Shown: positions 1 through 9,876, counted from the stretch's first letter. The stretch: DNA of 64,000 nt from an uncultured Chitinophagales bacterium (GCA_964550435.1 CAZJZI010000008.1:94-64093); one strand, 5' to 3'. Numbers and translations are program-made. The notes: a model not told the origin generated them from the sequence alone.

Positions 1-522
1 GATGCCCGGATTCATCCAGATACTTCCGCCGAAGGTGTTCAACCAGTCGGGATTAGCTTTTGTAATATGTTGTGGTTCGTTAGCAACGGCATAAGCGTCG
101 ATTTCTGAAGTATTACCAACGTTAAACACATTGTACCAGGCATGGACTTCGAGACCGTACTTTTTAGATTCATCGATGACAAATTGAAGTGGATCCCAAC
201 CTGGATTCTGGCCCATTGTACCTGTTAATCGTATGGCCCAAGGAAGTCTTTCGCTAACATAGTGAGCATCTCCCCTTGCTGTTACCTGAAATACAATAGC
301 GTTCATGCGCATATCAGCGTGACGCTGAACGATTGCACGTAGGGTGGCTTGCTGTTCTGCAACATTAGTGGTTTTGGGCCAGTCTAGGCCTAGTGCAGTT
401 GCAACCCATATCGATCTGAACTCTTCTTTTGGTGGTTCTGATGAAGGTTGTTGGAGAGCTTGGGAGAACATGGTAGTCGCCAAAAGCATCCATCCGGTGA
501 TCAGTAGTAACGTTTTTTTCAT
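1..522 (-). CDS. Glycoside-hydrolase-like family 10 (GHL10/DUF187, YngK-like) secreted protein, N-terminal part only (3' end beyond window)
   Basis: Not in the ORF track because it is edge-truncated. The reverse complement of 1..522 reads without stops from the ATG at 522. It gives MKKTLLLITGWMLLATTMFSQ (signal peptide), then FRSIWVATALGLDWPK..MNAIVFQVTARGDAHYVSERLPW..GWDPLQFVIDESKKYGLEVHAWYNVF, the GHL10 pattern. Confidence 0.8.
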   Translation of the reverse strand, partial: MKKTLLLITGWMLLATTMFSQALQQPSSEPPKEEFRSIWVATALGLDWPKTTNVAEQQATLRAIVQRHADMRMNAIVFQVTARGDAHYVSERLPWAIRLTGTMGQNPGWDPLQFVIDESKKYGLEVHAWYNVFNVGNTSEIDAYAVANEPQHITKANPDWLNTFGGSIWMNPGI

Positions 523-547
523 AAACGATTGTATTGTAGATGATTGA

Positions 548-586
548 AAACAAAAAGAGGCACTTACTCCAGACGAGCAAGTGCCT
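548..586 (-). terminator. Rho-independent terminator downstream of 621..1991
   Basis: Perfect 9-bp stem GAGGCACTT/AAGTGCCTC (556..586) with a 13-nt loop. On the minus strand it is followed by a U-rich tract (CUUUUUGUUUUC). Confidence 0.6.
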
Positions 587-620
587 CAAACTCGATTAGA
601 TCGAATAGTTCATCGTTAAT

Positions 621-1991
621 TTATTTAACGAGTGTCATTTTGTTGGTCAGACGAACGTTACCGCTGTTCAATTCATACAGGTAAACACCTGATCCGAGTT
701 GATCAGCATTGAAGGTTACGTTGTGTGTACCAGCAGGCATATCCTGATTAACAAGAGTTGCCACCACGCGACCCAGCATGTCATACACACGAAGTGTGGT
801 CATGCCTGCCTCACCGATGCTATATCGGATTGCGGTAGTTGGGTTAAATGGGTTTGGATAGTTCTGCTCGAGTGTGAATCCTTCTGGGATTTCAGCACCA
901 CGATCGATACTAACGGCCTCAGCACGGGTGAACTTCTGGAGACTTCCAGGTCCGTTATTGAATGATCCAACATATGCAGTTAGTCCATCAGGACTGAATG
1001 CCATAGAACGTGGAACCTGATACACAGTTGCTTCACCATAGTTCCAGGTAAATTCATCAACTACTGAAGCAGATGTCAATGAAAACCCATAGTATGTGTT
1101 TGAAATCCATGGTTCGACGGCATCTGGGTTGTTACCAACACCGGCACCTGAGAAATACAGGATTTCTGAGTCAGGATATCTGGCAATTGAACCTGGATTT
1201 GCACCAATTGCAATTGGAAGACCAACTGTGTACTCTTCGAATACTCCACCTTCCCATACTCGAATGTGTCCAGCTGGACCACCTTCTTCGTAAGCATCGG
1301 TCTGTGGGTTGAAGATTTTCGAACCGTCATTTGAGATCTCAAGAGTCCTTGAAAATCCTAATTTCTCGGTAGTAACTGTATTCAAGACTGCCCAGCTATC
1401 ACTTGGATCGTAAATCACGATTGGTGATCCAGGAAATACGAAAGACACAGCAACAAAGCCATCCACTGTGATCGCAGGACGGTTTGGTGCGTGAGAAGCA
1501 GTTTCGGTACGCATGAAAGTAACTTCAGCTACTTCAAGTGGTTCACCAGTTTCTGCATCGAATACATGTATAAATGAACGAGACTGATTCCAGACTCCAC
1601 CAATCACCGGATTAGGTGCTGCATCTGTAGCAGCGGCAGTCATCCGAAAACCGTGTGATGACACATAGATTTTCCCATCGTAGAAATTTGCACCAGTTAA
1701 TGGGCCAAATCTCAGGAGGGAATCGCCAACTGTTGAACCAATGATTGGTGAAAACTCAGCTTGGGTTCCGTCTTCGTTATAAATATAAATTGGATTGAAG
1801 CGTCTATTATTTTCGCTATCCAACGTACTGTAATATGGGGTAAGCCATACTTTTCCATCTGTATCAACAGCCAATCCATGCGCATTGGTGTTTGCAACAG
1901 AATCCGGGAATACACTGTCGAATTCCCACTGTGCTGAAGCCACCATTGGCACCAACAGCATCATCATAGTGATTCGTATCACATGTTTCAT
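621..1991 (-). CDS. Secreted beta-propeller-like protein with T9SS type-A C-terminal sorting domain; function unknown
   Basis: 456-aa ORF with a signal peptide (MMMLLVPMVASAQ). The C-terminal ~80 aa (LEQNYPNPFNPTTAIRY..RVYDMLGRVV..GVYLYEL..KMTLVK) match the T9SS CTD pattern. The body is repetitive and strand-rich. Confidence 0.8.
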   Translation of the reverse strand: MKHVIRITMMMLLVPMVASAQWEFDSVFPDSVANTNAHGLAVDTDGKVWLTPYYSTLDSENNRRFNPIYIYNEDGTQAEFSPIIGSTVGDSLLRFGPLTGANFYDGKIYVSSHGFRMTAAATDAAPNPVIGGVWNQSRSFIHVFDAETGEPLEVAEVTFMRTETASHAPNRPAITVDGFVAVSFVFPGSPIVIYDPSDSWAVLNTVTTEKLGFSRTLEISNDGSKIFNPQTDAYEEGGPAGHIRVWEGGVFEEYTVGLPIAIGANPGSIARYPDSEILYFSGAGVGNNPDAVEPWISNTYYGFSLTSASVVDEFTWNYGEATVYQVPRSMAFSPDGLTAYVGSFNNGPGSLQKFTRAEAVSIDRGAEIPEGFTLEQNYPNPFNPTTAIRYSIGEAGMTTLRVYDMLGRVVATLVNQDMPAGTHNVTFNADQLGSGVYLYELNSGNVRLTNKMTLVK

Positions 1992-2022
1992 CTTTATTTC
2001 TCCTTTTTGTATTTAACTAAAT

Positions 2023-2047
2023 GTGGACCGGACTCAAACCGGTCCAC
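2023..2047 (-). terminator. Hairpin / probable terminator closing the TBDT operon
   Basis: Perfect 9-bp stem GTGGACCGG/CCGGTCCAC with a 7-nt loop, 35 nt downstream of the stop of 2082..3293. The U-tract on the minus strand is weak (AUUUAGUU). Confidence 0.45.
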
Positions 2048-2081
2048 TTTTCAAACATTTCGTCTGAAATTCGTCCGTAGA

Positions 2082-3293
2082 TCAGGGAGCGTCTTTCTGA
2101 ACATTCAGAGAGATGACCCTGTTATTGCCAGTAGTTGGCAATAATGTCATTAATAAGTTCTGAGTACCGTCAAGATACTCCATTTTTAAGATGGTACCAG
2201 GAATAATGCCCGGGTACATTTGGGACACTTGTCCACTTGGTGTGACCTGATACAGAGGTTTCGTTTCGTTCATACCAACAAACACCGTACCATCGGCGGC
2301 AACGGCAATGGCGGTCGGACGACCTTCACCACCAGCTTCCGTAAGGTTTGCAACTACTTGTTCAGGTCCCGGAACTAGGTCTGCAAGTAGTTCTACCTTC
2401 CATACATAAGAAACGTTTTCTTTTGTGCCTGCTACATAAATGTGGCCGTCAAAATAATCCAACGCGTAGATAGTAGCATCAAACGGGAATCGCACTACAG
2501 CGCCAGCGGGACTTATTCGGTTTAAACGAGCATTAGAAGCATTTCCTTCGTTTGTACCACCTGACCATACGTTTCCGGCTTCATCTATAGTGATGTCTTC
2601 TGTTCTGCCTATCCCTCTACCCCATGTAGATGGGGTTCCACCTGATGGATCGATACGGTAAACAAACGGTACCGCTCCACCACGCACCATATAAACGGAT
2701 CCATCCGGACCAACCTTAACGGATCTAAAGAACCAGGATTGAGCGGTTCCAAAAGCAGGATTGATAACCGTTTCACCATCTGAAGCAACTTTTTTAACGC
2801 CTGCAGGTGCACCACTTGCATCGTAAGAGACATAATAGTTGTTATCAGAGTCGTAGCCGGCCGCCCATGGATTTTCGTTATCAGGGAATGATACAGCCGT
2901 TCTAAACAAGGCCTGGAGTCTGTATTTCACCGAATTACTGAACGCTTCTACACCTAAAACTCCTACCTTGATCCCGATTGAGTCGGCAACAAGATTTGGT
3001 GTTTTTACTACTATTTGCGATGGTGACGCACTGACTATTTCTGCTCTTACATTATTGAAATAGACAAATAGTTCTGTTGTATTTGCTGTGAAATTACTAC
3101 CAGAAATCGTTACTTCCTCGAAACCGGCGAAGTATCCCCCTTCAGGTGATACAGCACTAATAACAGGTGTTGTGCCTTTATTGTAGTCCTCGTCGAACAG
3201 GCTGGCCGATTCCGGGGTTTCACACGCTACCACAGCCATTCCGATGGCTAGTATCGGCAGAATTCGTTTGAAAAATGAGTACCCGTATTTCAT
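2082..3293 (-). CDS. IPT/TIG-domain lipoprotein with NHL/beta-propeller-like repeats
   Basis: 403 aa with a lipobox (LAIGMAVVAC followed by ETPES). It has an Ig-like IPT/TIG segment (ISAVSPEGGYFAGFEEVTISGSNF..IVVKTP) and repeats of the type GPDGSVYMV, DEAGNVWSG and AADGTVFVG. Confidence 0.8.
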   Translation of the reverse strand: MKYGYSFFKRILPILAIGMAVVACETPESASLFDEDYNKGTTPVISAVSPEGGYFAGFEEVTISGSNFTANTTELFVYFNNVRAEIVSASPSQIVVKTPNLVADSIGIKVGVLGVEAFSNSVKYRLQALFRTAVSFPDNENPWAAGYDSDNNYYVSYDASGAPAGVKKVASDGETVINPAFGTAQSWFFRSVKVGPDGSVYMVRGGAVPFVYRIDPSGGTPSTWGRGIGRTEDITIDEAGNVWSGGTNEGNASNARLNRISPAGAVVRFPFDATIYALDYFDGHIYVAGTKENVSYVWKVELLADLVPGPEQVVANLTEAGGEGRPTAIAVAADGTVFVGMNETKPLYQVTPSGQVSQMYPGIIPGTILKMEYLDGTQNLLMTLLPTTGNNRVISLNVQKDAP

Positions 3294-3317
3294 GTTGTTC
3301 TCAGGTATTAATTAATA

Positions 3318-4331
3318 TTAAAAACTTAGTTGTACCGAGAGTCGGTTCACACTGTTAAAGACACCGAAAGCGGTGTGGCTGTAGTCAGCCCGGATTCCAT
3401 ATCGACGTGCGAACGGGAGGTTAACACCCACACCCATCGAAATACCTTGTTCATCGGTTGGGAATACATATCCACCACGGAGGAATAGTCGGTCCATGAA
3501 TCCGTACTCTGCACCGATCATCAACTGTTCGAAGTAATCACGTGGTCTGTTTGCATCGATACTCACCAGGAGTTTATGCATTTCAGGATTAATTGACGTC
3601 AAATCCAATACATTCATCGCCAATCCGATTCTGAATGTAAGTGGCAGTTCTTGTGTATCCTGAATGTAGGTCACTTCATTGGAGTAGTTTCTGACCGACA
3701 TCGCAAAGTTCAGACTTTCGAAACCGGTTTTGTAGAGAACCCCGAAGTCAACTGCATAGGTTTGTAGATCGAACTGTTGTCGTACAAGGCTTCCTTCGTT
3801 CAGACCAATAGGTGCATTAGAAAGGTTTATATCAACATATCTGACATTTGCACCTACCGAAAACTGACTCGATATCGCCCTTGAGTAGCTTATCCCAAAC
3901 GCAATTGCATTCGGATTGTAAGTCCCAAGAACCTCATACCCAAGATCACTGTTATCACGAATGGTTTCAGTCAGGTCGCCGTAATCGACGCCCATGAATG
4001 AGAGACCAATAACTCCGTATAATCCATTTTTCGGAGCAAATGTAAGTGCAGCATACTGATAATCGATATCAGCGATCCAACTCACATTACCAATACTCAC
4101 ATCAAATAAAGAAGTTTGAAACGCCGAGTTTGCAGGATTGTAGAAAATTGACAATGAACGATCTTCTACAGCTGTCATTGCATCTCCCATTCCAGTAGCG
4201 CGTGCACCCAGAGGAGCTGAGAGAAACTTCATAGTTGTTTGTCCACGCTTGCGTTGAGCTTCTGCCACATCATGTAACACGAAGCCGAAGACAAGAGTAC
4301 TTATAAATAGGGTATAAATTACTTTTTTCAC
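3318..4331 (-). CDS. PorV/PorQ-family outer-membrane beta-barrel protein (T9SS-associated family)
   Basis: 337 aa with a signal peptide. The N-terminal motif KFLSAPLGARATGMGDAMTAVEDRSLSIFYNPANSAF is characteristic of PorV/PorQ-type barrels. The protein has alternating beta-strand character and ends in ..SVQLSF. Confidence 0.72.
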   Translation of the reverse strand: MKKVIYTLFISTLVFGFVLHDVAEAQRKRGQTTMKFLSAPLGARATGMGDAMTAVEDRSLSIFYNPANSAFQTSLFDVSIGNVSWIADIDYQYAALTFAPKNGLYGVIGLSFMGVDYGDLTETIRDNSDLGYEVLGTYNPNAIAFGISYSRAISSQFSVGANVRYVDINLSNAPIGLNEGSLVRQQFDLQTYAVDFGVLYKTGFESLNFAMSVRNYSNEVTYIQDTQELPLTFRIGLAMNVLDLTSINPEMHKLLVSIDANRPRDYFEQLMIGAEYGFMDRLFLRGGYVFPTDEQGISMGVGVNLPFARRYGIRADYSHTAFGVFNSVNRLSVQLSF

Positions 4332-4344
4332 GGGATAGCCTTTA

Positions 4345-6465
4345 TTACATGATTACGACAAATTTCCGGGTTGTTTTTTCACCGGTATCCAGATTTTCAA
4401 TAACTGCGATGTAGACACCACTCACTACACGCTGACGCCATTTGGTATTCAGGTTCCATGAGGCATCACCGCTACCGTTTGTATGGTTAATGGTTTGAAC
4501 CAATTCTCCAAGTTCGGTGTAGATATCAATTCTGGCACGTCCCGGGACTTCGAAGAACTGAATTTCGAATCCTGCGTAGGATACATCGGTACTTGCTGAA
4601 CGGACAAATGGGTTAGGAACGATCGTAATCTGATCCATGCTGGTTCCAGGAGGTCTCAAAAGACGTGCTGGATCGTAAGTCTGGGTCAGATATCTGTTGC
4701 TTTTCAACGGTCCTGAAGGAGTTAAACCTGTTCCATTGTTATCAGAAGCATTTCCAATAGCTTGTATATAGTAATAATGATCCAGACCTCGGATTGGACC
4801 ACCGACAGGATTCTGATCAGTATCGGCGAATTCTCTTGCCGATGCAGGTAGTTCAGCTACTTTTGTATAGACACTATCACGTCTGAATTGAGCGCGGTAG
4901 ATTTCAAATCCTGTGATGTTTCCAACTTCTTCATCAGGATATTCCCATTCGAGATAGACACCATCACCACCCGAATTCACGCGAAACGTGCTTGGAGGTG
5001 TTGGAGCTTTCGGGATGTTGAAACCTGAGTCAAAATTGGCTTTAGCACGGGCAAAGGTCTGCATAAGTGAATCACGACTTGTAAATACCCACTGGTTTTT
5101 TGTCATGGTTGCATTTACACTGTGCCCATCGTTGTAGGAGATTTGTAGGTTATTATTACCACCTGATCTCTTGTAAGCAGTTCCAATTTGTGTTGCAGCT
5201 TCACGGCTAAGACCTGCTGAAGCCTCAACTATTACTATACGCACACTCTCACCTGGTGCCAGGGTATATGGGCCAATACCTTTTGCCGCTGAGAATCCAC
5301 CTGAAGTACCACGAGATGGATCACCAGTAGGATTCAAAAAGCCCGGTTCGCCGGAAGGCTCTACCAGGTATGCGTGACGATTGGTTCTTCCACGCATCAT
5401 GAATTCGAGGTATTCTCGTTCCATTCTGGCGTTATTAAACGGGTCATTTGATGAATTCAACCCATCATCAGATCCGGTTTCGGTCATCGTATATGGTTGA
5501 TTTGGGTCATCTGCTGAGTTGCCAGGAGCAGTATCTGCATGAAGAACCGCGTTTCCAACAAATTGATGTGCACCCAGTCGTCCGGTAGTATCTTGGGGTT
5601 GAACGAGTCCGGAAGAGGTTGATGCTGTCCAGATTGGAGCTCCGATGTTGTCATATTGGGTAAATGCAGGAAGCTTTCCATGCCAAACGAAGTGACCTCT
5701 AAGCCCTTCAGGAGCACCATAATCGGGTCCTAAGTCATCTCCAAATCTATCAACCATTGCGTTTATTCCCCAACCAGTAGCATTACCAATCACATAACGT
5801 GTTTGATGCAGAACTGAATAGCGTTCCTGCCAGAAGAACATTACGTCGGTAAGGGTTTTATTCGGGTAGATGACCGCATCGGTGTTATCCGCTTTACCGG
5901 TATTGGTAAATATGTACTCACGAACGTGGTAATTGTCATGATATTCGTTACTAAATGCCATAACACGACGTTCCATAGTTATACCAATGGAAGTATTGAT
6001 TCGAGAATAGATCATTCGATCAGCCGGAATCGTTGGATCTACTTCATCCACTTCATCAGCAACGTTAAATGTTTCTTCATCATTAACCAGTACTTCAACT
6101 TTCGGAAATCTTCCGATGAGTTTATGTTCCATCGGAAAAAATGATCCCAATCCGGAGACACGTGGTCCCACATGGACTACTTTATATGGGAAACTAGTGT
6201 TACTTGCATCTGTAAAGGCAGTAGTTCCAATCCAAAATGCTTTAGCTGCCTGTGAGTCCTGGTGATCGTACAATGCTGGCCAGCGCAATCCATACTGCTG
6301 TTGTGCGACAAGAGCATGTTCGCGCTCGGTACCGTTTGGCATGTAGAAGTTTTGAAGGGAACCAATTCCCAACCATCGGGCCTGTTGCGCAGTACCTTCG
6401 TGAGCACTCATCCCGAGGATGAACGCCGCAAACAGGACAATGTGTATGATTCTATTTTTAGACAT
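4345..6465 (-). CDS. Large secreted protein: unrecognised N-terminal region, FN3-like domain, T9SS-CTD-like tail
   Basis: 706 aa with a signal peptide (IVLFAAFILGMSAHEGTAQ). It has an FN3-like segment (PPSTFRVNSGGDGVYLEWEYP..ITGFEIYRA). The C-terminus (ITIVPNPF..RIDIYTELGELV..SGVYIAVIEN..RKFVVIM) resembles a T9SS sorting / FlgD-Ig-like domain. Confidence 0.78.
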   Translation of the reverse strand: MSKNRIIHIVLFAAFILGMSAHEGTAQQARWLGIGSLQNFYMPNGTEREHALVAQQQYGLRWPALYDHQDSQAAKAFWIGTTAFTDASNTSFPYKVVHVGPRVSGLGSFFPMEHKLIGRFPKVEVLVNDEETFNVADEVDEVDPTIPADRMIYSRINTSIGITMERRVMAFSNEYHDNYHVREYIFTNTGKADNTDAVIYPNKTLTDVMFFWQERYSVLHQTRYVIGNATGWGINAMVDRFGDDLGPDYGAPEGLRGHFVWHGKLPAFTQYDNIGAPIWTASTSSGLVQPQDTTGRLGAHQFVGNAVLHADTAPGNSADDPNQPYTMTETGSDDGLNSSNDPFNNARMEREYLEFMMRGRTNRHAYLVEPSGEPGFLNPTGDPSRGTSGGFSAAKGIGPYTLAPGESVRIVIVEASAGLSREAATQIGTAYKRSGGNNNLQISYNDGHSVNATMTKNQWVFTSRDSLMQTFARAKANFDSGFNIPKAPTPPSTFRVNSGGDGVYLEWEYPDEEVGNITGFEIYRAQFRRDSVYTKVAELPASAREFADTDQNPVGGPIRGLDHYYYIQAIGNASDNNGTGLTPSGPLKSNRYLTQTYDPARLLRPPGTSMDQITIVPNPFVRSASTDVSYAGFEIQFFEVPGRARIDIYTELGELVQTINHTNGSGDASWNLNTKWRQRVVSGVYIAVIENLDTGEKTTRKFVVIM

Positions 6466-6486
6466 CAGATTCTTGTTTTATATGTA

Positions 6487-9400
6487 TTAGAAGGTAATTC
6501 GCACACCAAAAATGACGTTACGCGGATTAAAGAAAGCGAACGATGACAAGTTTGGCATATCGATGTACGCCTTATCATCGAGTACTTGCTGAACGAAGTC
6601 CTGATTAGCCGCTACCCAGCTTCCGTTGCGGAACTGGTAGTACGTTTGATCAGCTTCGTTAAAGTAAAGCGGGCGCTCGTGCGGGTTTTGTACATTCTGG
6701 ATGTTAATGACTGCAACAATCGGTTGGAACGCGATGTTTTCTTTTCGGTAGGTTCCTGGCTTGTCGTCACCAGGTACAGATAAATAGGATCCACGAAGTG
6801 GCTGAAGTTTATCTGCAGGTAAATGCAGAGATCTCATGTAGTCGTTGTAATCATCCCCATCAACAAATCCATTTTGGGTGAGATAACGTGTGTTAAACAC
6901 GTTGCTCACGTCAATAAAGAAGTTTAGATCGGTTTCAAGTGCACGGAGTGTACGTGTGAATCTTAAGTCCACATTATAATCATCAACCCACCGAAGGTTG
7001 TTACTGATACCCGGGATGGATCCACCGCCTGTCCAGGTAACCGCATAACCACGTACCCAGGAAGCAAGGATTGTAGCTCTCCAGTTCGCCAATGGACGGA
7101 ATCCAAGGATTGCTGGACCGAAGTCATCGGGACTGAAGAAATCCAGGTTCAAACGGGAATAAGGCTGAGCAACTGGTTTTGACTGTGGGTTAGCAGAGTT
7201 TACTCTTTCGAACTCACGTTGGTCTTTAGAGTTTTGGTAGTAGGTAGCATAGCCAAATCGACCGGTTGAACGCACCATGTAGGTAAAGTTCACGAATCCT
7301 GTCCAGAAAGACCCTTGTGCCTTACGTAAGGTCAACTCAAATCCCTTGGTGTCACGGTATGAGTCGGCCGTTGGTACTGAATACAATCTACCACCACCTG
7401 ACGCAATCAAGTTTCTGCTAGACCCTGGAATATTTGTTTCATCTTTGTAGTACCCGGCTACACGAATCAGGTACCGTTCGGTGAAAGCTTGTTCGTAACC
7501 CAACTCATAGGATACTGTTTTAGGTAGGTCAAGACTTGGATCAGCGATTCGCGATATCGATTGGTCTTCAAGAAACTTTTCAACCAAATAAAGAGAAGTT
7601 GGAGTCGGCATGGAGCGGAAATGCCCATAGTTGAAATACAACTTACTCATAATCGTGATCGGGAATGAAACCGCAAGTCGAGGACTTAAATCAAAGTTTG
7701 GTTTCGTGCGCTCGGTTTCGAATACTTCATCAAGATTTTCTACGGGTTGACTGAATCGAGGATCAAATTCATCATATACAATCCAATCCGTATTAGCATC
7801 AGAGTAGTCTAAACGGAGTCCTACTTCAGCAACGATACCCTCGTACTCGAATTTGTTTTGAGCATACAAGGCACCACGACGTGGAGAGTTGTTCCATATT
7901 ACCTGTGAACGTCCGCTAGGAAGATAAATATCTACTGAGGCATAATTTACGTCACTGAAGGTCTGCACAAACTGTACACCAGTTTTTAGCTGGTTGTAGC
8001 GATTATACTGGTTTGTGTAGTCAAAGCGTGCGTTGATATATTCTACTTTCGAGCTATCACGCGAGTTTGACATCCCGACTCCCATACGCAGACCGGATCC
8101 GATTCCGGAGGAAGGAAGTTCATAGAATCCGAATGGCCCCTCATCCACTGCATATCCGTTCCCAAAAGTGCGGACTGGAGTCAGGTCCCGTGCTCTACCC
8201 GGGTTAGTATCGTATTCAGAACTGAAATAGTTAGCAAGTACCTCGAAATACGATTTATTATTGATGGTCTTAGTAAACTTACCTCCAAGCAAACGGTATT
8301 CAACTCGTGTTGGAGCCCAATAGTCTGAGGCAAAAATTCGGGAGTTTCCGAATGAATTTCTGTTTCTGACGTTATTGGCGATACCCGCAGCACTTACAAA
8401 GATTCCAGGTGCGCCAACGTTATTGCTATTGGTACCGTTTTCGGCTCCGATCATCGCATCGATCGAGAGTTTCATACCACGACCAACGTCACTGGTTAGT
8501 TTAAGGTTGGAAGTATATGTTTCGTAACGATCTCGTGATAGTGGAATTACGTACATGGTTTGTGAGCGTCTGTGAGATGCCCAGAAACGCATGTTACCCA
8601 ATTTATCACTAACTACAGGAATTGGACCACCAAAACCAAAGTCCAATGTATAATCAGGCTCTGTAATTGCCATATCTTTACGGTGTTGCCATAAAAATAC
8701 TTGCTGAGCAGCGGCCGGGGTTAAATGTCGTGTTGGATCCGGATCATCTAAGGTTCCTTCGGCAACAGATATCCATCCCTCAAACTGTGGATACTGACGG
8801 CGAGTCCATGGATCCCATGCATTAGTACCTGTCCAGGCTACTTCTGGATCCAGAAATGGTCTGATCCAATACGAATTAGGATCATTCACCAATGGTCCGA
8901 AGTGTTTCTTTCTTGGAGGCTCATGCTGATAATAGATATCGAAATTATATCGGTCACGGCTTCCTTCTTTAGTCACCACGTTGACAATACCAGACTGGAC
9001 ATCGCCATACTCGGCGCTGAATCCACCTGATTGTACCTGGATTTCAGAAATGGAAGTAATTGATACAGCGGTAAATGGTGAGTTGTTACGCTCATCCTTT
9101 AATGAAATACCGTTCAGGTTGAATGATACCTCACTTGATGCACCCCCACGAACGCTAAGTCCCTGAAATCCTGCTTGAAGACCAACTATACCGGCAACTG
9201 AGGTAACAGGAAGGTTTTTGACTTCTTCAGCGTCGATGTTTACCCGGCTGGCGCCTACATCTCGTTGTACAATCGGACGATCAGCCACAACAACGACTTC
9301 TTCGCCTGAGAATACTTCTTCAGACATTCGAAAATTCAATGTTGTTGTTTGGTTGATGTTGATTCGAACATCCTCAACAACGACTGTAGAGAATCCGATC

Positions 9401-9669
9401 ATAGATGCCTTGATGGTGTAGGTACCTGGGCGAACGTTGATCACTGAAAAATAACCATCGGCATTCGTTGCTGCACCGATAATCAATTCTTCAATAATGA
9501 CGTTTACTCCGATAAGTGGCTCACCGGTTTCGGCGTCGGTTACTGTACCCTCCAAACGACCTGACTGTGCCAGTACACTCGCTGAAGAAACCAGCAGGAA
9601 TACGGCCATTAGTGCAAATCGTTTGAGCACCGATGCAATCGTTTCAGATTGTATATGTACTTGATGCAT
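6487..9669 (-). CDS. TonB-dependent receptor with N-terminal CarboxypepD_reg-like domain (SusC/RagA-like architecture, no SusD partner)
   Basis: 1060 aa with a signal peptide. It has a carboxypeptidase-regulatory-like domain (GRLEGTVTDAETGEPLIGVNVII..DGYFSVINVRPGTYTIKASMIGF) and a plug region (GLSVRGGASSEVSFNLNGISL). The long barrel ends in ..FGVRITF with a terminal aromatic residue. Confidence 0.9.
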   Translation of the reverse strand: MHQVHIQSETIASVLKRFALMAVFLLVSSASVLAQSGRLEGTVTDAETGEPLIGVNVIIEELIIGAATNADGYFSVINVRPGTYTIKASMIGFSTVVVEDVRININQTTTLNFRMSEEVFSGEEVVVVADRPIVQRDVGASRVNIDAEEVKNLPVTSVAGIVGLQAGFQGLSVRGGASSEVSFNLNGISLKDERNNSPFTAVSITSISEIQVQSGGFSAEYGDVQSGIVNVVTKEGSRDRYNFDIYYQHEPPRKKHFGPLVNDPNSYWIRPFLDPEVAWTGTNAWDPWTRRQYPQFEGWISVAEGTLDDPDPTRHLTPAAAQQVFLWQHRKDMAITEPDYTLDFGFGGPIPVVSDKLGNMRFWASHRRSQTMYVIPLSRDRYETYTSNLKLTSDVGRGMKLSIDAMIGAENGTNSNNVGAPGIFVSAAGIANNVRNRNSFGNSRIFASDYWAPTRVEYRLLGGKFTKTINNKSYFEVLANYFSSEYDTNPGRARDLTPVRTFGNGYAVDEGPFGFYELPSSGIGSGLRMGVGMSNSRDSSKVEYINARFDYTNQYNRYNQLKTGVQFVQTFSDVNYASVDIYLPSGRSQVIWNNSPRRGALYAQNKFEYEGIVAEVGLRLDYSDANTDWIVYDEFDPRFSQPVENLDEVFETERTKPNFDLSPRLAVSFPITIMSKLYFNYGHFRSMPTPTSLYLVEKFLEDQSISRIADPSLDLPKTVSYELGYEQAFTERYLIRVAGYYKDETNIPGSSRNLIASGGGRLYSVPTADSYRDTKGFELTLRKAQGSFWTGFVNFTYMVRSTGRFGYATYYQNSKDQREFERVNSANPQSKPVAQPYSRLNLDFFSPDDFGPAILGFRPLANWRATILASWVRGYAVTWTGGGSIPGISNNLRWVDDYNVDLRFTRTLRALETDLNFFIDVSNVFNTRYLTQNGFVDGDDYNDYMRSLHLPADKLQPLRGSYLSVPGDDKPGTYRKENIAFQPIVAVINIQNVQNPHERPLYFNEADQTYYQFRNGSWVAANQDFVQQVLDDKAYIDMPNLSSFAFFNPRNVIFGVRITF

Positions 9670-9876
9670 GTTAATTGGACTTAGGATTATTCAGATAAGA
9701 AAATTCTGTTGACGTATGAATGCCAAAAGCTGGTTGAGGTTCTGAAAGCTGGATTGCTATTCTCATATTCATACATTCTGTTTACGGTTACCCCCAGAGA
9801 AAAGCGCTTCCTCTGAAATCACACTCATATTGGTTCTATCACATAGCTTCAAGCTATAAAAATTGAGGTGATTTGT

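Noticed and set aside
344-589. ORF-track entries 344..547 (+) and 365..589 (-) at the left edge
   Set aside because: Both are shadow ORFs. The minus-strand frame that opens at the ATG at 522 and runs to position 1 encodes a convincing signal peptide plus a GHL10-like domain. That frame explains this DNA.
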